Positions 20,142-30,700 are shown, counted from the stretch's first letter. The stretch: DNA of 57,354 nucleotides from Candidatus Sumerlaeales bacterium (GCA_036675025.1 JAKFFN010000298.1:1-57354), one strand, 5' to 3'. Numbers and translations: made by a program. Notes: generated from the sequence alone by a model not told the origin.

Positions 20142-21800
20142 TTACTCGACTTCGCTGCCGGCTTTCACCAGATCTTTGGGATCGGGTTTCAGATCCGTAG
20201 GCTCCGGAGTCAACGGATCGCGGCCTGACTGGATCCAGCTGGACATCAATTCTTCAGCTACGTGCAGCTGGTAATCGATGAAATCTTTGGCTTCCTTTTC
20301 TGCCACTTCTTCTACCTTCTTCTTTTCGCCTTCAATTTCGGCATCGGGGAAGAGAGTACGATCAAGAGGGATGATACGAAGCGGCTGAGGTCCGGTGCTC
20401 TCGTCGTCATCGATTACGGCAGAACCAACCAGCGTTCCGTTTTCATCTTCTTCACTCGAAGTCGTGTCAGCGTCAGAAGCCTCGGTTGCAGTTGTGTCCG
20501 TTGCTTCAGGAGGCGACTGTCCGTTTTTAGTGTTATACTGATCCCAACTGAACTTATCAGAGGCGGTGGATTCTTCATCAGCGCCGGAAGTGTCAGGATC
20601 GCCAAGGAGTCCATTCTTCAGCAGGTCAATTTCTGCACCCTTGGGCATTTCTACGGCAATATCAGGAGTGATACCGATTTTGTCGATACTGATGCCGCTG
20701 GGGGTATAGTACTTGGCTGTCGTGAGACGGATGGCGGCAGGACGGTAGTTGCCGTTGTCGTCTTTTTCAAACGAGTGGCTCAGATCTTCGATAGTTTGTA
20801 CCGATCCCTTACCGAAACTACGCTGTCCTTTAAGGCCGACGATGATGCCGCGGTCGTGATCTTTAACAGCACCGGCAAAAATTTCACTGGCGCTTGCGCT
20901 GCCCTTGTTAATCAGGATCATGAGGGGCAAGTCCGTTACAGGGTCATTTGTCGCACGCAGTTCTTTGGTCTGGTCAGGCATGCGGCCTTTTGTCGATACG
21001 ATCAACTTTCCGCGCTGAATGAAGAGGTTGGAAACGTCGACTGCCTCGGAGAGCAAGCCACCTGTATTGTAGCGGAGATCGACTATTATCCCCTTGGCGC
21101 CTTCAGATTTAAACTTTTCAATGGCTTCGCGAAGGTCACGGGAAGTGTTATCGCTGAATTTCGTGATGCGCGCATATCCGATTGGATGATCTTCCAGCAT
21201 CTCTGAGTAGACGCTCTCGATTTTTACGTTCTGGCGAGCCAGGGTAAAGTGCAGCGGGCTGGTTTCACCTTCACGGTAGATTGTTACGTCTACGGTTGTT
21301 CCGGTGGGGCCGGTAAGTTTTTTCACGGCGTCCAGAAGGGTGATACCCTCTGTCTTTTTACCGTTAATTTCTATGATTCTATCCCACGGGCGGATTCCTG
21401 CTTTGGCGCTTGGGCTACCGGGGATCGGGGCGATTACTGTAAGGATGCCATCTTTTAGCGTGATATGAATTCCGATACCGCTAAAGCTGCCTTCGGTATC
21501 CTTTTCCAGCTGGTTGTATGAGTCCGGATCCATGTACTGCGAATGGGGGTCCAGTGTAAGGAACATTCCCTGGAGTGCCCCCTCGAATAACTTCTTTGAA
21601 TCTACGGGCTCTACGTACCTGTCGTTGATTTCCTTGTAGATTTCAGCGAACATTGCGGTGAATTCCCAGAACTGATCATCATCGGCTTTCCGAACAGTTT
21701 TGGAGAATTGTCCCATCAGGAACAAGGATGAGAAAATAAGAACTGCCGACAGGTAGAAGAGCTTATTGTCTGTAGGTCTTTTAGGAGATTTCTCTGCCAT
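20142..21800 (-). CDS. ctpA: S41 carboxyl-terminal processing protease (PDZ) with long acidic C-terminal extension
   Basis: N-terminal TM; LDPHS.Y, FSGIGI (PDZ), DLRYNTGGLL, SASASEI (Ser), FGKGSVQ (Lys), TTAKYYTPSG, GITPDI. Confidence 0.95.
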   Translation of the reverse strand: MAEKSPKRPTDNKLFYLSAVLIFSSLFLMGQFSKTVRKADDDQFWEFTAMFAEIYKEINDRYVEPVDSKKLFEGALQGMFLTLDPHSQYMDPDSYNQLEKDTEGSFSGIGIHITLKDGILTVIAPIPGSPSAKAGIRPWDRIIEINGKKTEGITLLDAVKKLTGPTGTTVDVTIYREGETSPLHFTLARQNVKIESVYSEMLEDHPIGYARITKFSDNTSRDLREAIEKFKSEGAKGIIVDLRYNTGGLLSEAVDVSNLFIQRGKLIVSTKGRMPDQTKELRATNDPVTDLPLMILINKGSASASEIFAGAVKDHDRGIIVGLKGQRSFGKGSVQTIEDLSHSFEKDDNGNYRPAAIRLTTAKYYTPSGISIDKIGITPDIAVEMPKGAEIDLLKNGLLGDPDTSGADEESTASDKFSWDQYNTKNGQSPPEATDTTATEASDADTTSSEEDENGTLVGSAVIDDDESTGPQPLRIIPLDRTLFPDAEIEGEKKKVEEVAEKEAKDFIDYQLHVAEELMSSWIQSGRDPLTPEPTDLKPDPKDLVKAGSEVE

Positions 21801-21935
21801 TACAGAGCCTCGATTCGATGTAAGTTATGCGCCCTGCGGCGCGCCCCCGAAAACACTTTTCTTCAGGTGTCATACAAGGGCTCATTATGAAAATTTGAGC
21901 GTTCTCCGACCGTTGCCTCTGATGACTAAAAATAA

Positions 21936-24473
21936 TCAGGAGGCCGCCGCCTCTTCTGTTGCCAGAAGTTCCACGTATTTGCAGTCGCTGTTCGGGCAGA
22001 CCAGGGCCGGCTTCTTGCCTTCACGCTGCAGCCTGTAGCTGCTGGAGCAGCGCGGGCACGGGTTTGGCACCGGGCGATTCCACTCCACATGCTTGCAGGT
22101 AGGGTAGCGATTGCAGGAGAAGAACATCTTACCGCGCTGGCTTACACGTTCAACCAGGTCGCCTTCATTACACTCGGGACACTTTACGCCAGTTTTGACA
22201 GGTAGTACGTTCTTGCATTCCGGATAGCCGGGGCATGCAAGGAAGCGCCCATGGCGGCCCGACTTAATGATCATCCGGCGTCCGCAGGATGGGCAGACCT
22301 CATCACTTTCTTCCTGCTCCACGGCGGTTACTTCACCGCTGTCACTGGTCGAATACTGTTTCGTGTTCCGGCATTCGGGATAGCGCGGACAGGCCAGGAA
22401 CTGCCCATTACGGCCGAACTTGATAACCATATTGGCCTCGCCGCACTTATCACAAAGGATATCGGTTGGCGTCTGTTGCTGCTTAACACTTTTCATGTTT
22501 TCCGTAGCAGCGTCGAGTCGCTCACTGAAGCCCTTGTAGAATTCTTCCAGGAGCTTCTTCCAGTTTTGCGCGCCCTCTTCTACGGCGTCGAGTCGCTCTT
22601 CCATCTGGGCCGTAAAGCTGACGTCCAATACCTCCGGGAAATTCTCCACGAGCAGGTCAGTTACGATAAATCCAAGTTCGGTGGGACGGAACCGCTTCGA
22701 GTCGTCCTTTTCCACGTACTTCTTGTCCTGTATAACAGTAACGATTGTGGCGTACGTTGACGGCCGGCCAATACCCTGCTTTTCCAGTTCCTTTACCAGT
22801 GTAGCCTCAGTAAAGCGGGGTGGGGGCTGAGTGAAATGCTGATTGCCGCGCAGTTCATTGACCTCAAGGGAGTCGCCTTCCTTTACCTGCGGAAGACGCG
22901 CTTCCTGATCATCGTCAGGTTGTTCGTCACGGCCCTCTTCATACACGGCGAGGTAGCCGGCAAACTTCTGTACCAGTCCTGTTGCCGCAAACATGAGTTC
23001 AGGCGTAGGCTGCGACTCGATGCGCGTCTGTTCAAATATTGCGTCCGCCATCTGGCAAGCAACAAAACGGTTCCAGATAATCGTATAGAGCTTCAGCTGG
23101 TCCGCATCCAGATGTGGCGCTACGGTGTCCGGGGTAAGGGACATATCTGTAGGACGTACGCACTCATGAGCGTCCTGCGCGTTTTTCTTAGTGCGGAATT
23201 CGTTCGGCGAGGATGGAAGGAAACGGTCACCATAGGTGCGACGGATGTGTTCGCGAACATTTGAAATGGCGTCCGGTGAAACACGGGTTGAGTCCGTACG
23301 CATATAGGTTATCAAGGCGGTATGGCCCATGGACCCAAGCTCAAGGCCTTCGTACAGGCGCTGCGCCAGGCTCATGGTGCGCTTTGCACCATAACCATAC
23401 TTGCGGCTGGCTTCCTGTTGAAGAGTACTGGTAATAAATGGAGGAGCCGGACGGCGCTTTACGTCTTTCTTTTCGATGCGAGAGACGGTCCACTTGCCGT
23501 CTGTGAGAGCCCTTACCTTGCGCCGATCTTGATGCCGGCCTGTGCCTGCAGTTTCCGAATCTTCGCTCTCAACAACTTCAACTTCACCAGCTTTAAGTGC
23601 GGCCAGAAGTTCCCTTACCTGCTCTTCGGAGGCCAGTTCTGCTTTCTTTCCACCGATGTGCGTCAGCTTCATTACGAAGGGGGGCGGTGCGTCAGCGGCT
23701 ACTCGAGCCTCCAGCGACCAGTATTCTTCCGGAACAAAAGCTACAATCTCCCGTTCGCGGTCGACGATAACACGAACAGCGACACTCTGCACACGACCTG
23801 CGCTTAGGCCGCGCATTACTTTCTTCCACAGCAGAGGAGAGATCTTATAGCCTACCACGCGATCGAGAATACGGCGTGCCTGTTGAGCTTCAAAGAGCTG
23901 TTCGTTCAGTTCCTTCGGATTCTCAATGGCTTCCTGTACGGCCCGCCGGGTGATCTCATTGAACGTCGCCCGGAAGAGGCGCCCCTCTACATTAAGATCC
24001 TGCAGTTCGCCCGCAATGTGCCAGGCAATGGCTTCGCCTTCGCGATCAGGATCGGGCGCCAGGTAGATGTTCTTGGCAACCTCGGCGCTCTTCCTGATCT
24101 TCTCAATAACCTTTTCTTTGCCTTTGAGTATAACGTACTCAGGCGTAAACCCGTGCTCAATATCTACGCCGAACTTGGATGTCGGCAGGTCTTTGACGTG
24201 GCCGACGCTGGCTTCAATTTTGTAATCGCTGCCCAGGTACTTCTGAAGCGTTTTGGCTTTTGCCGGAGATTCTACGATAACCAGGTTTTTACCGGCGGCA
24301 CCTGCGCCCGAAATGGCCCGAGCCCGTGTTGTGGTTGCCTTAGCGGCGGGTTTTGACTTTGTTGCAGCTTTTGCCTTGGTAGCAGTGCCAGCAGTTTTGC
24401 GCGCAGTGCTACGCGGTTTCGTTGCCTTTTTCGGTGTAGCGTCAGTAGATTTATCAGTCTTACGGGCTGGCAA
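21936..24473 (-). CDS. topA: DNA topoisomerase I with Lys/Ala/Thr-rich N-terminal tail and C-terminal C4 zinc ribbons
   Basis: LVIVESPAKAKT, DPDREGEAI, SAGRVQS, LITYMRTDS (catalytic Tyr), GIGRPSTYA, repeated CxxC...C.RYP.C ribbons. TTG start. Confidence 0.97.
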   Translation of the reverse strand: MPARKTDKSTDATPKKATKPRSTARKTAGTATKAKAATKSKPAAKATTTRARAISGAGAAGKNLVIVESPAKAKTLQKYLGSDYKIEASVGHVKDLPTSKFGVDIEHGFTPEYVILKGKEKVIEKIRKSAEVAKNIYLAPDPDREGEAIAWHIAGELQDLNVEGRLFRATFNEITRRAVQEAIENPKELNEQLFEAQQARRILDRVVGYKISPLLWKKVMRGLSAGRVQSVAVRVIVDREREIVAFVPEEYWSLEARVAADAPPPFVMKLTHIGGKKAELASEEQVRELLAALKAGEVEVVESEDSETAGTGRHQDRRKVRALTDGKWTVSRIEKKDVKRRPAPPFITSTLQQEASRKYGYGAKRTMSLAQRLYEGLELGSMGHTALITYMRTDSTRVSPDAISNVREHIRRTYGDRFLPSSPNEFRTKKNAQDAHECVRPTDMSLTPDTVAPHLDADQLKLYTIIWNRFVACQMADAIFEQTRIESQPTPELMFAATGLVQKFAGYLAVYEEGRDEQPDDDQEARLPQVKEGDSLEVNELRGNQHFTQPPPRFTEATLVKELEKQGIGRPSTYATIVTVIQDKKYVEKDDSKRFRPTELGFIVTDLLVENFPEVLDVSFTAQMEERLDAVEEGAQNWKKLLEEFYKGFSERLDAATENMKSVKQQQTPTDILCDKCGEANMVIKFGRNGQFLACPRYPECRNTKQYSTSDSGEVTAVEQEESDEVCPSCGRRMIIKSGRHGRFLACPGYPECKNVLPVKTGVKCPECNEGDLVERVSQRGKMFFSCNRYPTCKHVEWNRPVPNPCPRCSSSYRLQREGKKPALVCPNSDCKYVELLATEEAAAS

Positions 24474-24575
24474 TGAGTTCCTCGACTTAAGCAGTTATAA
24501 AAATGGGTTCATTAATGTGGTGAAGTAGGAGGGTTTATTCAAACCGGTACGGGCAATCGAATTCTTATTGCAGTC

Positions 24576-24620
24576 AAAAAAAGCCCTATTGCACTGTAGA
24601 AACTTAGGTTACAATAGCTC
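24576..24620 (-). terminator. Probable intrinsic terminator downstream of dinG
   Basis: Minus strand GAGCTATTGTA...TGCAATAGGGC followed by TTTTTTT; imperfect stem. Confidence 0.55.
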
Positions 24621-24661
24621 CTAGTAGTTTTGGTATTTTGCTGATTACTAGAACGTTTGTC

Positions 24662-27259
24662 CTAATATTCAGAATTCGGGCCCGAACCCATGAACTGGCG
24701 GACCTCGTCTATTACCTCTTCAGCAGTGCCTTGTACCAGGCGCGCCGGAGGCAGACTTTTTATAAAAATCCGCCCGTATCGCTGTACAAGAACCCTATTG
24801 TCTAGCACCAGAACAAATCCACGGTCGGACTGGCTACGGATGAGGCGGCCAAACCCCTGTTTAAATTTAATGACTGCCTGCGGAATCGATATCTCATAAA
24901 AGGAATTCCCGCCGCGTCGGTCGATCATTTCGGCGCGGGCTTCCAAAACAGGCGTACTGGGTACAGAGAATGGAAGTTTCGTGAGGACGAGGCACTGCAG
25001 GGCTTCTCCCTGGATATCTACTCCTTCCCAGAAGGATGACGTCGCGAAGAGCGCTGCCTTCCTGCTGCTGCGGAAGGCTTCCACGAGCTGATGTCGTGGT
25101 TGTTCACCCTGGGTTAAGCAGGAAATGCCTGACCGGGCGAGTTCGGTTCTGCAGAGTTCCACCACCTGTCGAAGCGGCTTGTATGCAGTAAACAGGATCA
25201 TTGCGCGGCCCTGGGTAATTTTGACGGCTTCAATAATGGAAGGCACAATCTGCCGGTAAAAATCAGGATGGGACGGGAGGGGCATGTCGCGCGGAACGCC
25301 GATGACGCAGTTTTTTGAGTAATCGAAGGGCGTGTCCAACTGCAGGAATCGTGAGCGAGCTTCAAGGGGATCGAGCGCCGATGGGGCTTCGTCCTGAACT
25401 TTTCGTACGGGTGACGGCGACTTGAGGCCCATTTGCTTTGTGAAGTAGGTAAAATTATTATCTATTGTTAACGTGGCGCTGGTTAGAATGACTGTGTTCT
25501 TCTTTATAAGAAGCGCATCGCGCAGGGCGTGAGAAATATCCAGCGGTGCTGTGTAAGGAATAATGTAAGGATGGCCGCGCCGGTAACCTAATTCAACCCA
25601 CCGGCAGTACTCATCTTTATCCGCCGACAGGAAGAGCCGGAGCGAGCCCATGTGATCGCTCAGTTTTTTGACCGCAGAAAATAACCGCATCCGCGGTTCA
25701 GCCACGTCATCAGTAACTTCTGGCGGTATGGACGACAGGACAGTATCCAGCTTGTCAAACAGGTCAAGCAGGCGGTGCATGTCTTTAATGAGTGATTCCA
25801 GCAAGTGCCGCACGGTTTCCCAGTAGGGGCTTTCGGTGACTGCTGTAGTGATCCGCTGTTCACGCCGCTCGTTATCTTTCATGCTGTCGGCGTGGAAAAA
25901 GCGCGACGATTCCATAAAGAAGTCGTCAAAGTAGCTTCCCAGGGACAATTCTACTTCTTCCCGAGTGGGCAGAATACGCTCGGTCATTAGGGACAGAGCT
26001 TCTGCCGCTGCAGGATAAAGCACGGACTGGCGATGGCGCTGCAGGGCGGTGTGGAAGGACCGCAGCACTCCTGCTTTGTCTCGAGGCCGCGCGATGCGGA
26101 AGATCTGGCGCCTGATGGCCAATTGGCTGGTAGACGACGTGAAATAGCTGGTGGCTACTTCTTCCAGGTTGTGAGCTTCGTCAAAGACGACTCGGTCAAA
26201 GGGAGGCAGTATGCCAGTGTAATCATTCCCCTGGTTCTCCATCTTAAGGGCAAGATCAGCCATTACGAGATGGTGATTAGCGATAATGATATCGGCATTG
26301 GCAGCTTCCCGGCGAGACTTGTAGAAGTGGCAGCGATTGAAAAACTGACATTCCGCACGGAGACAATCATCCTTGTCGCTCATGACCGCTTCCCAGGTGT
26401 CGGGCGATATCTGAAAGGGGAGGTCAGACCGGGAACCGTCTTCGGATTTCTCGGCCCAGTCAGTCAGCATTGCCATTTCGTTGGACTTGTCGTCCTGGAA
26501 CAGATCAGGCTTTGCTGCCGCGTAGCGCAGGCGCCGGAGGCTGAGATAATTGCCGCGCCCCTTCACAAGAACCGCCTTTATTTCCCTATCCATCTGTCGG
26601 GCAAGTTCAGGCAGGTCCTTCTTTAGAAGCTGCTCCTGAAGGTTGATAGTGTTGGTGGAGATCACAACGCGCCGCTTGTTGTTCAGTGCCCATAAAATGG
26701 CCGGTGCAAGATAAGCGAAGGACTTCCCAGTGCCCGTACCGGCTTCGATGACGGCGATGTGGTCATTGTTAAAGGCCTCAGTGACAACTTTCATCATGGA
26801 AAGCTGCTGCGTACGGAACTCAAATGCGGGAAAAGTTTTGCTGAGATGGCCATTGCGGCCGAAAAGGTTTTCCAACTCCGAGAATTCTACCGGGACAGCC
26901 TGCTTCGGGAAGAATGGCTTAACGACAACGCGCACCGCATCGCACGTATTATTGGTAATGTAGAAGCCAATGCCGGCTTTGCCGTACATCGATGCAATGC
27001 TGATATCAGGACGTGATGGCTCAAGCCCGCCGGACGGATGATTATGGATCAAGACTTGCCCGGGAGCCGCGTTTTGTGCCGGCGCGGGAACCGAATCCTC
27101 GTTGCCAAAGGCCAGGGGCTCGATGGTAATGACAGTACCATCAGGCTCACAGGTACCTATGGCAAAGACCTCATTGCCGCCATACTCGCTGATCAGCGCT
27201 CGGAGCTGGGCGGCAACTTCGTCTGTAAACGTACCTTTATTTATACTAACCTGTGACAA
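24662..27259 (-). CDS. dinG: DinG/YoaA-family SF2 helicase with N-terminal JAB/MPN (RadC-like) domain
   Basis: N-term E...LIHNHPSG..EPS..D (JAMM); Q motif FEFRTQQ, EAGTGTGKS, KGRGNY, DEAH, TSATL, FWEGVD, KLPF, QGFGRLIR. TTG start. Confidence 0.93.
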   Translation of the reverse strand: MSQVSINKGTFTDEVAAQLRALISEYGGNEVFAIGTCEPDGTVITIEPLAFGNEDSVPAPAQNAAPGQVLIHNHPSGGLEPSRPDISIASMYGKAGIGFYITNNTCDAVRVVVKPFFPKQAVPVEFSELENLFGRNGHLSKTFPAFEFRTQQLSMMKVVTEAFNNDHIAVIEAGTGTGKSFAYLAPAILWALNNKRRVVISTNTINLQEQLLKKDLPELARQMDREIKAVLVKGRGNYLSLRRLRYAAAKPDLFQDDKSNEMAMLTDWAEKSEDGSRSDLPFQISPDTWEAVMSDKDDCLRAECQFFNRCHFYKSRREAANADIIIANHHLVMADLALKMENQGNDYTGILPPFDRVVFDEAHNLEEVATSYFTSSTSQLAIRRQIFRIARPRDKAGVLRSFHTALQRHRQSVLYPAAAEALSLMTERILPTREEVELSLGSYFDDFFMESSRFFHADSMKDNERREQRITTAVTESPYWETVRHLLESLIKDMHRLLDLFDKLDTVLSSIPPEVTDDVAEPRMRLFSAVKKLSDHMGSLRLFLSADKDEYCRWVELGYRRGHPYIIPYTAPLDISHALRDALLIKKNTVILTSATLTIDNNFTYFTKQMGLKSPSPVRKVQDEAPSALDPLEARSRFLQLDTPFDYSKNCVIGVPRDMPLPSHPDFYRQIVPSIIEAVKITQGRAMILFTAYKPLRQVVELCRTELARSGISCLTQGEQPRHQLVEAFRSSRKAALFATSSFWEGVDIQGEALQCLVLTKLPFSVPSTPVLEARAEMIDRRGGNSFYEISIPQAVIKFKQGFGRLIRSQSDRGFVLVLDNRVLVQRYGRIFIKSLPPARLVQGTAEEVIDEVRQFMGSGPNSEY

Positions 27260-27353
27260 ATGTGATAGCAGTTCCCCTGCGCGGGATCAAATTGTGAATG
27301 GGCCGCAAGGTTCCTATTGAATCTGAAAATCAGCGGGCCCAGCTTTTTACACC

Positions 27354-28688
27354 ATGTTAGCAATGAAAAATTGTTTAAAAAGCCTTCTGACAATAGCCGT
27401 AACCGCCTTGCTTTTGAGCAAAAGCGCGGGAAAAGACCTTGGTATCTTCTCTGTAGATCCCGGCACGAGTGGCACCCGCCCTCATGTGGGTATTAAATCT
27501 AACGCTGGCGAGAACTGGGCGGCGTTCTATTACAAGTTGAATCTCGGTAAGCCGGAACTCCGCACCTCGTCGACTTTCAGCCTGACAAGTGAGACTGTGA
27601 CTGTGGAGTTTCCAGAGGTAGAGGCTGACACGTTTATGGAGGTGGCGTTGACTACGCATCCTCAACCAATGGACAGCGACTTCCGCTGGCGGACCCTGGT
27701 GCGTCCTGAGGGGAAGAACGTCATGGCCTACCGGGGGCAAAAGGAGATGCTGCCGCCGGATGACTTTGACGAATACTGGACCAGGGCCAAGAAGCAGCTG
27801 GAGAGCGTAGAGCCAAATACCCGTGTGACCCGCCAGCCAGATCGGGATACGTCAACGGGACTATTGTACCGCGTGGAACTGGACAGCGTGGAAGACACCA
27901 CGATTGTGGGGTGGTATTATGTCCCCCGTGCTGCTTTTAAGAACGAGAATCCAGAAGAGGGGATAGCGCAAAAATACCCGGCCATTATTATTACGCCTGG
28001 ATATGGAGCCGAAGAACCACCCATTGACCGAACGAAGCTCGGATATATCACCTTTTCGACGAACCCCCGGAACCACGGGCCCTCCAAAGCTTATTGGAAG
28101 TCGCCGGTCGAGCACTTACTGTATAACATTACTGAGCCTGAAAGCTACTATTACAAGCTGGCATTCCTGGATTGTCTGCGCGCGGCAAAGTTTGTGTTGG
28201 GACGGGAAGAGGTGGATGCTGATAACGTCGCAACGGAAGGCGGAAGCCAGGGGGGCTTGTTCGCCGTGGCGACGGCAATGCTGGAACCCCGGGTAAAGTG
28301 CGTTGCGGCGAACGTAATTGCATTTACAGATTATCCCGATGGCATGGAGCTGGCAAGTACCGGCGGCCAGACTCAGCTTCGCGAGATGATCGCGGAAGAA
28401 GGCACCACAGCCGCGCTCATACGGAAGTCACTGGCTTATACGGATGGCGCAAACATGATTACCCGGGTGAAGGCTCCGGTGCAGATAAACATGGGGGGTG
28501 TCGACCCTGTGTGTCCATACATTTGCGGGGTTGTCGCGTTTAATCGGCTGCCAAAGAGTGTAAAAAAAGAATTCCATGTTGTTCCTTCAGCCGCTCACGA
28601 AGTTCCCGGCGATATGCGAAAGTGGAACATGGAATGGTTTGATCGCTGGCTGAAAAGCGACAAAGCAGACTCGAAAGCGCAGAATTGA
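27354..28688 (+). CDS. Exported acetylxylan esterase / cephalosporin-C deacetylase-like (CE7, AXE1) alpha/beta hydrolase
   Basis: Signal peptide; PPDDFDEYW, PGYG, GGSQGG nucleophile elbow, GGVDPVCP (Asp), AAHE (His). Confidence 0.88.
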   Translation: MLAMKNCLKSLLTIAVTALLLSKSAGKDLGIFSVDPGTSGTRPHVGIKSNAGENWAAFYYKLNLGKPELRTSSTFSLTSETVTVEFPEVEADTFMEVALTTHPQPMDSDFRWRTLVRPEGKNVMAYRGQKEMLPPDDFDEYWTRAKKQLESVEPNTRVTRQPDRDTSTGLLYRVELDSVEDTTIVGWYYVPRAAFKNENPEEGIAQKYPAIIITPGYGAEEPPIDRTKLGYITFSTNPRNHGPSKAYWKSPVEHLLYNITEPESYYYKLAFLDCLRAAKFVLGREEVDADNVATEGGSQGGLFAVATAMLEPRVKCVAANVIAFTDYPDGMELASTGGQTQLREMIAEEGTTAALIRKSLAYTDGANMITRVKAPVQINMGGVDPVCPYICGVVAFNRLPKSVKKEFHVVPSAAHEVPGDMRKWNMEWFDRWLKSDKADSKAQN

Positions 28689-30700
28689 AGTTCTTTGTAA
28701 CAGGCGCATCGGGCTTTATTGGCAGTCGCTTCGGTGAGTTGGCATTGGCTGCCGGGCATGAAGTAACTGGTCTTGTGCGGCCTCAATCTGCAGGCAAGGT
28801 GCCGGCCGGTGTCAAGCGAAGCTATGGTACATTGCCGTATGATGTGGACCAGTCCGCAGTTGCAGCGTGCGATGTGATCATTCATCTTGCGGCGATTACG
28901 ACTTCTCAACGAGCTGCGGAATCCGACGCCGTTAACGCCCTGGGAACGTCGTACCTGGTCCAACTGGCAGAGCAGAATGGGCAGTCGTTTCTGTTTGTTT
29001 CGACCCAGTCGGTTCTCAGCAGCAATGCATCGTCGTATGCAGTAACCAAGCGTATGAGCGAGGATCAGCTGCGCGCATCTAATCTGTCGTGGGCGATTGT
29101 GAGGCCGGGACTTGTTTATGGACCGGGCGCCAGCGGCTTGTATGGCCGGATGCGTGATACGATTCTGAAGTATCCGGCCATTCCGCTGCTGGGGGGCGGA
29201 CGTGCCCTGGTACAGCCGATTCATGTAGATGATTTGTGTGCTGCACTTCTTGGCATAGCAGAAGATTTTGAAGCGCACCAGGGGACTGAGTTTAACCTCG
29301 GGGATCCTGACGGGGTTACGATGAAAGAGTTTTTGTCGTTGATGGCAAAGGCTCAACATAAGAAAGCCCGACTGGCAACTGTTCCCCTTGGGCCGATAAA
29401 ACTCGTAGTCGGGGTAGGGGAGAAGATGCGTCTTCCACTGCCTGTCAGCATGGATAACCTTCGCGGACTGGAAACAGTGCAGCGCATGGAGACTGCGCCG
29501 TCGCTGCAACGTCTTAACCTTAAACTGCGCAGCCTGGAGGCAGGACTTGCGGAATCTGAGTTGCCAGTTACGTTGCAGCGCAATGACAGGATTCCTATTG
29601 TGTTAATAGGCGCAGGGAAGATTGGAATTGTCCACGGTCTGCAGGTAATGTATAACCCCGCTGCGCGCCTTGCAGGGATTGTGGAGCCTTCTGAAAAGGC
29701 GGCGAAGCTGTACAAAAGTATGGGCTTTGATGCGCCATTTTACAAGACGCTGGATGAGGCGCTGTCGAGCCTAGATCCGCCCAAAGCAGCTATCATTGCA
29801 ACTCCGGCAGACACGCACCTGCCAATAGCAGCGCTATGCCTGGATGCTGGCCTTCACGTCCTGGTGGAAAAACCTCTGTCAGTGGCAGCGGACCAGACTG
29901 TGGAATGGCGACAACTTAAAGATAAACATCCGGACCAGGTTGTTCACGCCGGCTACATGGCGTCGCAGTTTCCTCATTTGCTTAGTGCTTTCAGGATTGC
30001 GAGCGTAAACAAGCTCGGCCATGTTTACCGGGCTAAGGCCGTGGCTCTGCAGACTCACATCACTGCGCCAGAACCAGTGCGATGGGAGATGGTGAAGGGT
30101 CGGGCGGGCGGTGGCGCAATGATTAATTTCGGATGTCATGCCGCGTCTATACTTTTCCGATTGCTGGGATGGCCGGATTCAGAAGTTACCGGCTGGCACT
30201 GGCCTATCCACAGTAAAGAGGTGGAGGATTCGCTGGTCGCAAAGTTTACGATAAAGGCAACGCAGTGTCAGTTGCTAGTCTCGTGGTCTGCAAGGGGATA
30301 CGCGCGGCCATACAGCCTGGTTGAACTGGAGTGTGAACATGGTACTTTAAGGGTGGAGAATGCATCCACATATGTTATCCAGGATGGAGAAGTTACGCTC
30401 CTGGAAACGCAACTGGATCACGATCTCAGCTTCAACATGTCGCCAGATTACACTGGCGGCGGTTTTACGCTGGAGCACGAGGCGTTTACTGGAAGCATAA
30501 AAGCGGTGCAGGCTGGCAAGAGTGCTGCGGGCTTTAAACCTGATTTTATGCCGCCGGTTGAAATGGCCGAAGCGTTGCGGTTAGAAACGTGGATTAGAGA
30601 GCTATACGATACGCTTCCTTTTGAAAAGCCAGGAGCAGAAACGGCGGACTTTTTCGGCGTTGATGCGGCTTATTTTGACGCGTTGGGGATTTCGCAGTGA
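28685..30700 (+). CDS. Fusion of NAD-dependent epimerase/dehydratase (extended SDR) and Gfo/Idh/MocA oxidoreductase
   Basis: N-half VTGASGFIG, IHLAA, YAVTK (YxxxK), RPGLVYGPG, PIHVDD; C-half LIGAGKIG, IATP..TH, VLVEKP, GGGAMINFGCH. TTG start overlaps the upstream stop. Confidence 0.88.
   Translation: MKFFVTGASGFIGSRFGELALAAGHEVTGLVRPQSAGKVPAGVKRSYGTLPYDVDQSAVAACDVIIHLAAITTSQRAAESDAVNALGTSYLVQLAEQNGQSFLFVSTQSVLSSNASSYAVTKRMSEDQLRASNLSWAIVRPGLVYGPGASGLYGRMRDTILKYPAIPLLGGGRALVQPIHVDDLCAALLGIAEDFEAHQGTEFNLGDPDGVTMKEFLSLMAKAQHKKARLATVPLGPIKLVVGVGEKMRLPLPVSMDNLRGLETVQRMETAPSLQRLNLKLRSLEAGLAESELPVTLQRNDRIPIVLIGAGKIGIVHGLQVMYNPAARLAGIVEPSEKAAKLYKSMGFDAPFYKTLDEALSSLDPPKAAIIATPADTHLPIAALCLDAGLHVLVEKPLSVAADQTVEWRQLKDKHPDQVVHAGYMASQFPHLLSAFRIASVNKLGHVYRAKAVALQTHITAPEPVRWEMVKGRAGGGAMINFGCHAASILFRLLGWPDSEVTGWHWPIHSKEVEDSLVAKFTIKATQCQLLVSWSARGYARPYSLVELECEHGTLRVENASTYVIQDGEVTLLETQLDHDLSFNMSPDYTGGGFTLEHEAFTGSIKAVQAGKSAAGFKPDFMPPVEMAEALRLETWIRELYDTLPFEKPGAETADFFGVDAAYFDALGISQ

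Noticed and set aside
20262-21206. 314-aa ORF antisense to ctpA
   Set aside because: Codon-bias shadow of a conserved gene; no motifs.
24662-27259. DinG as CasDinG (type IV CRISPR) or a defence-system helicase
   Set aside because: No cas genes, array, E1/E2/ubiquitin-like partners or other defence genes nearby; housekeeping context next to topA.
28595-29509. 304-aa ORF antisense to the SDR-Gfo fusion
   Set aside because: Entirely overlaps a well-supported gene; composition not protein-like.
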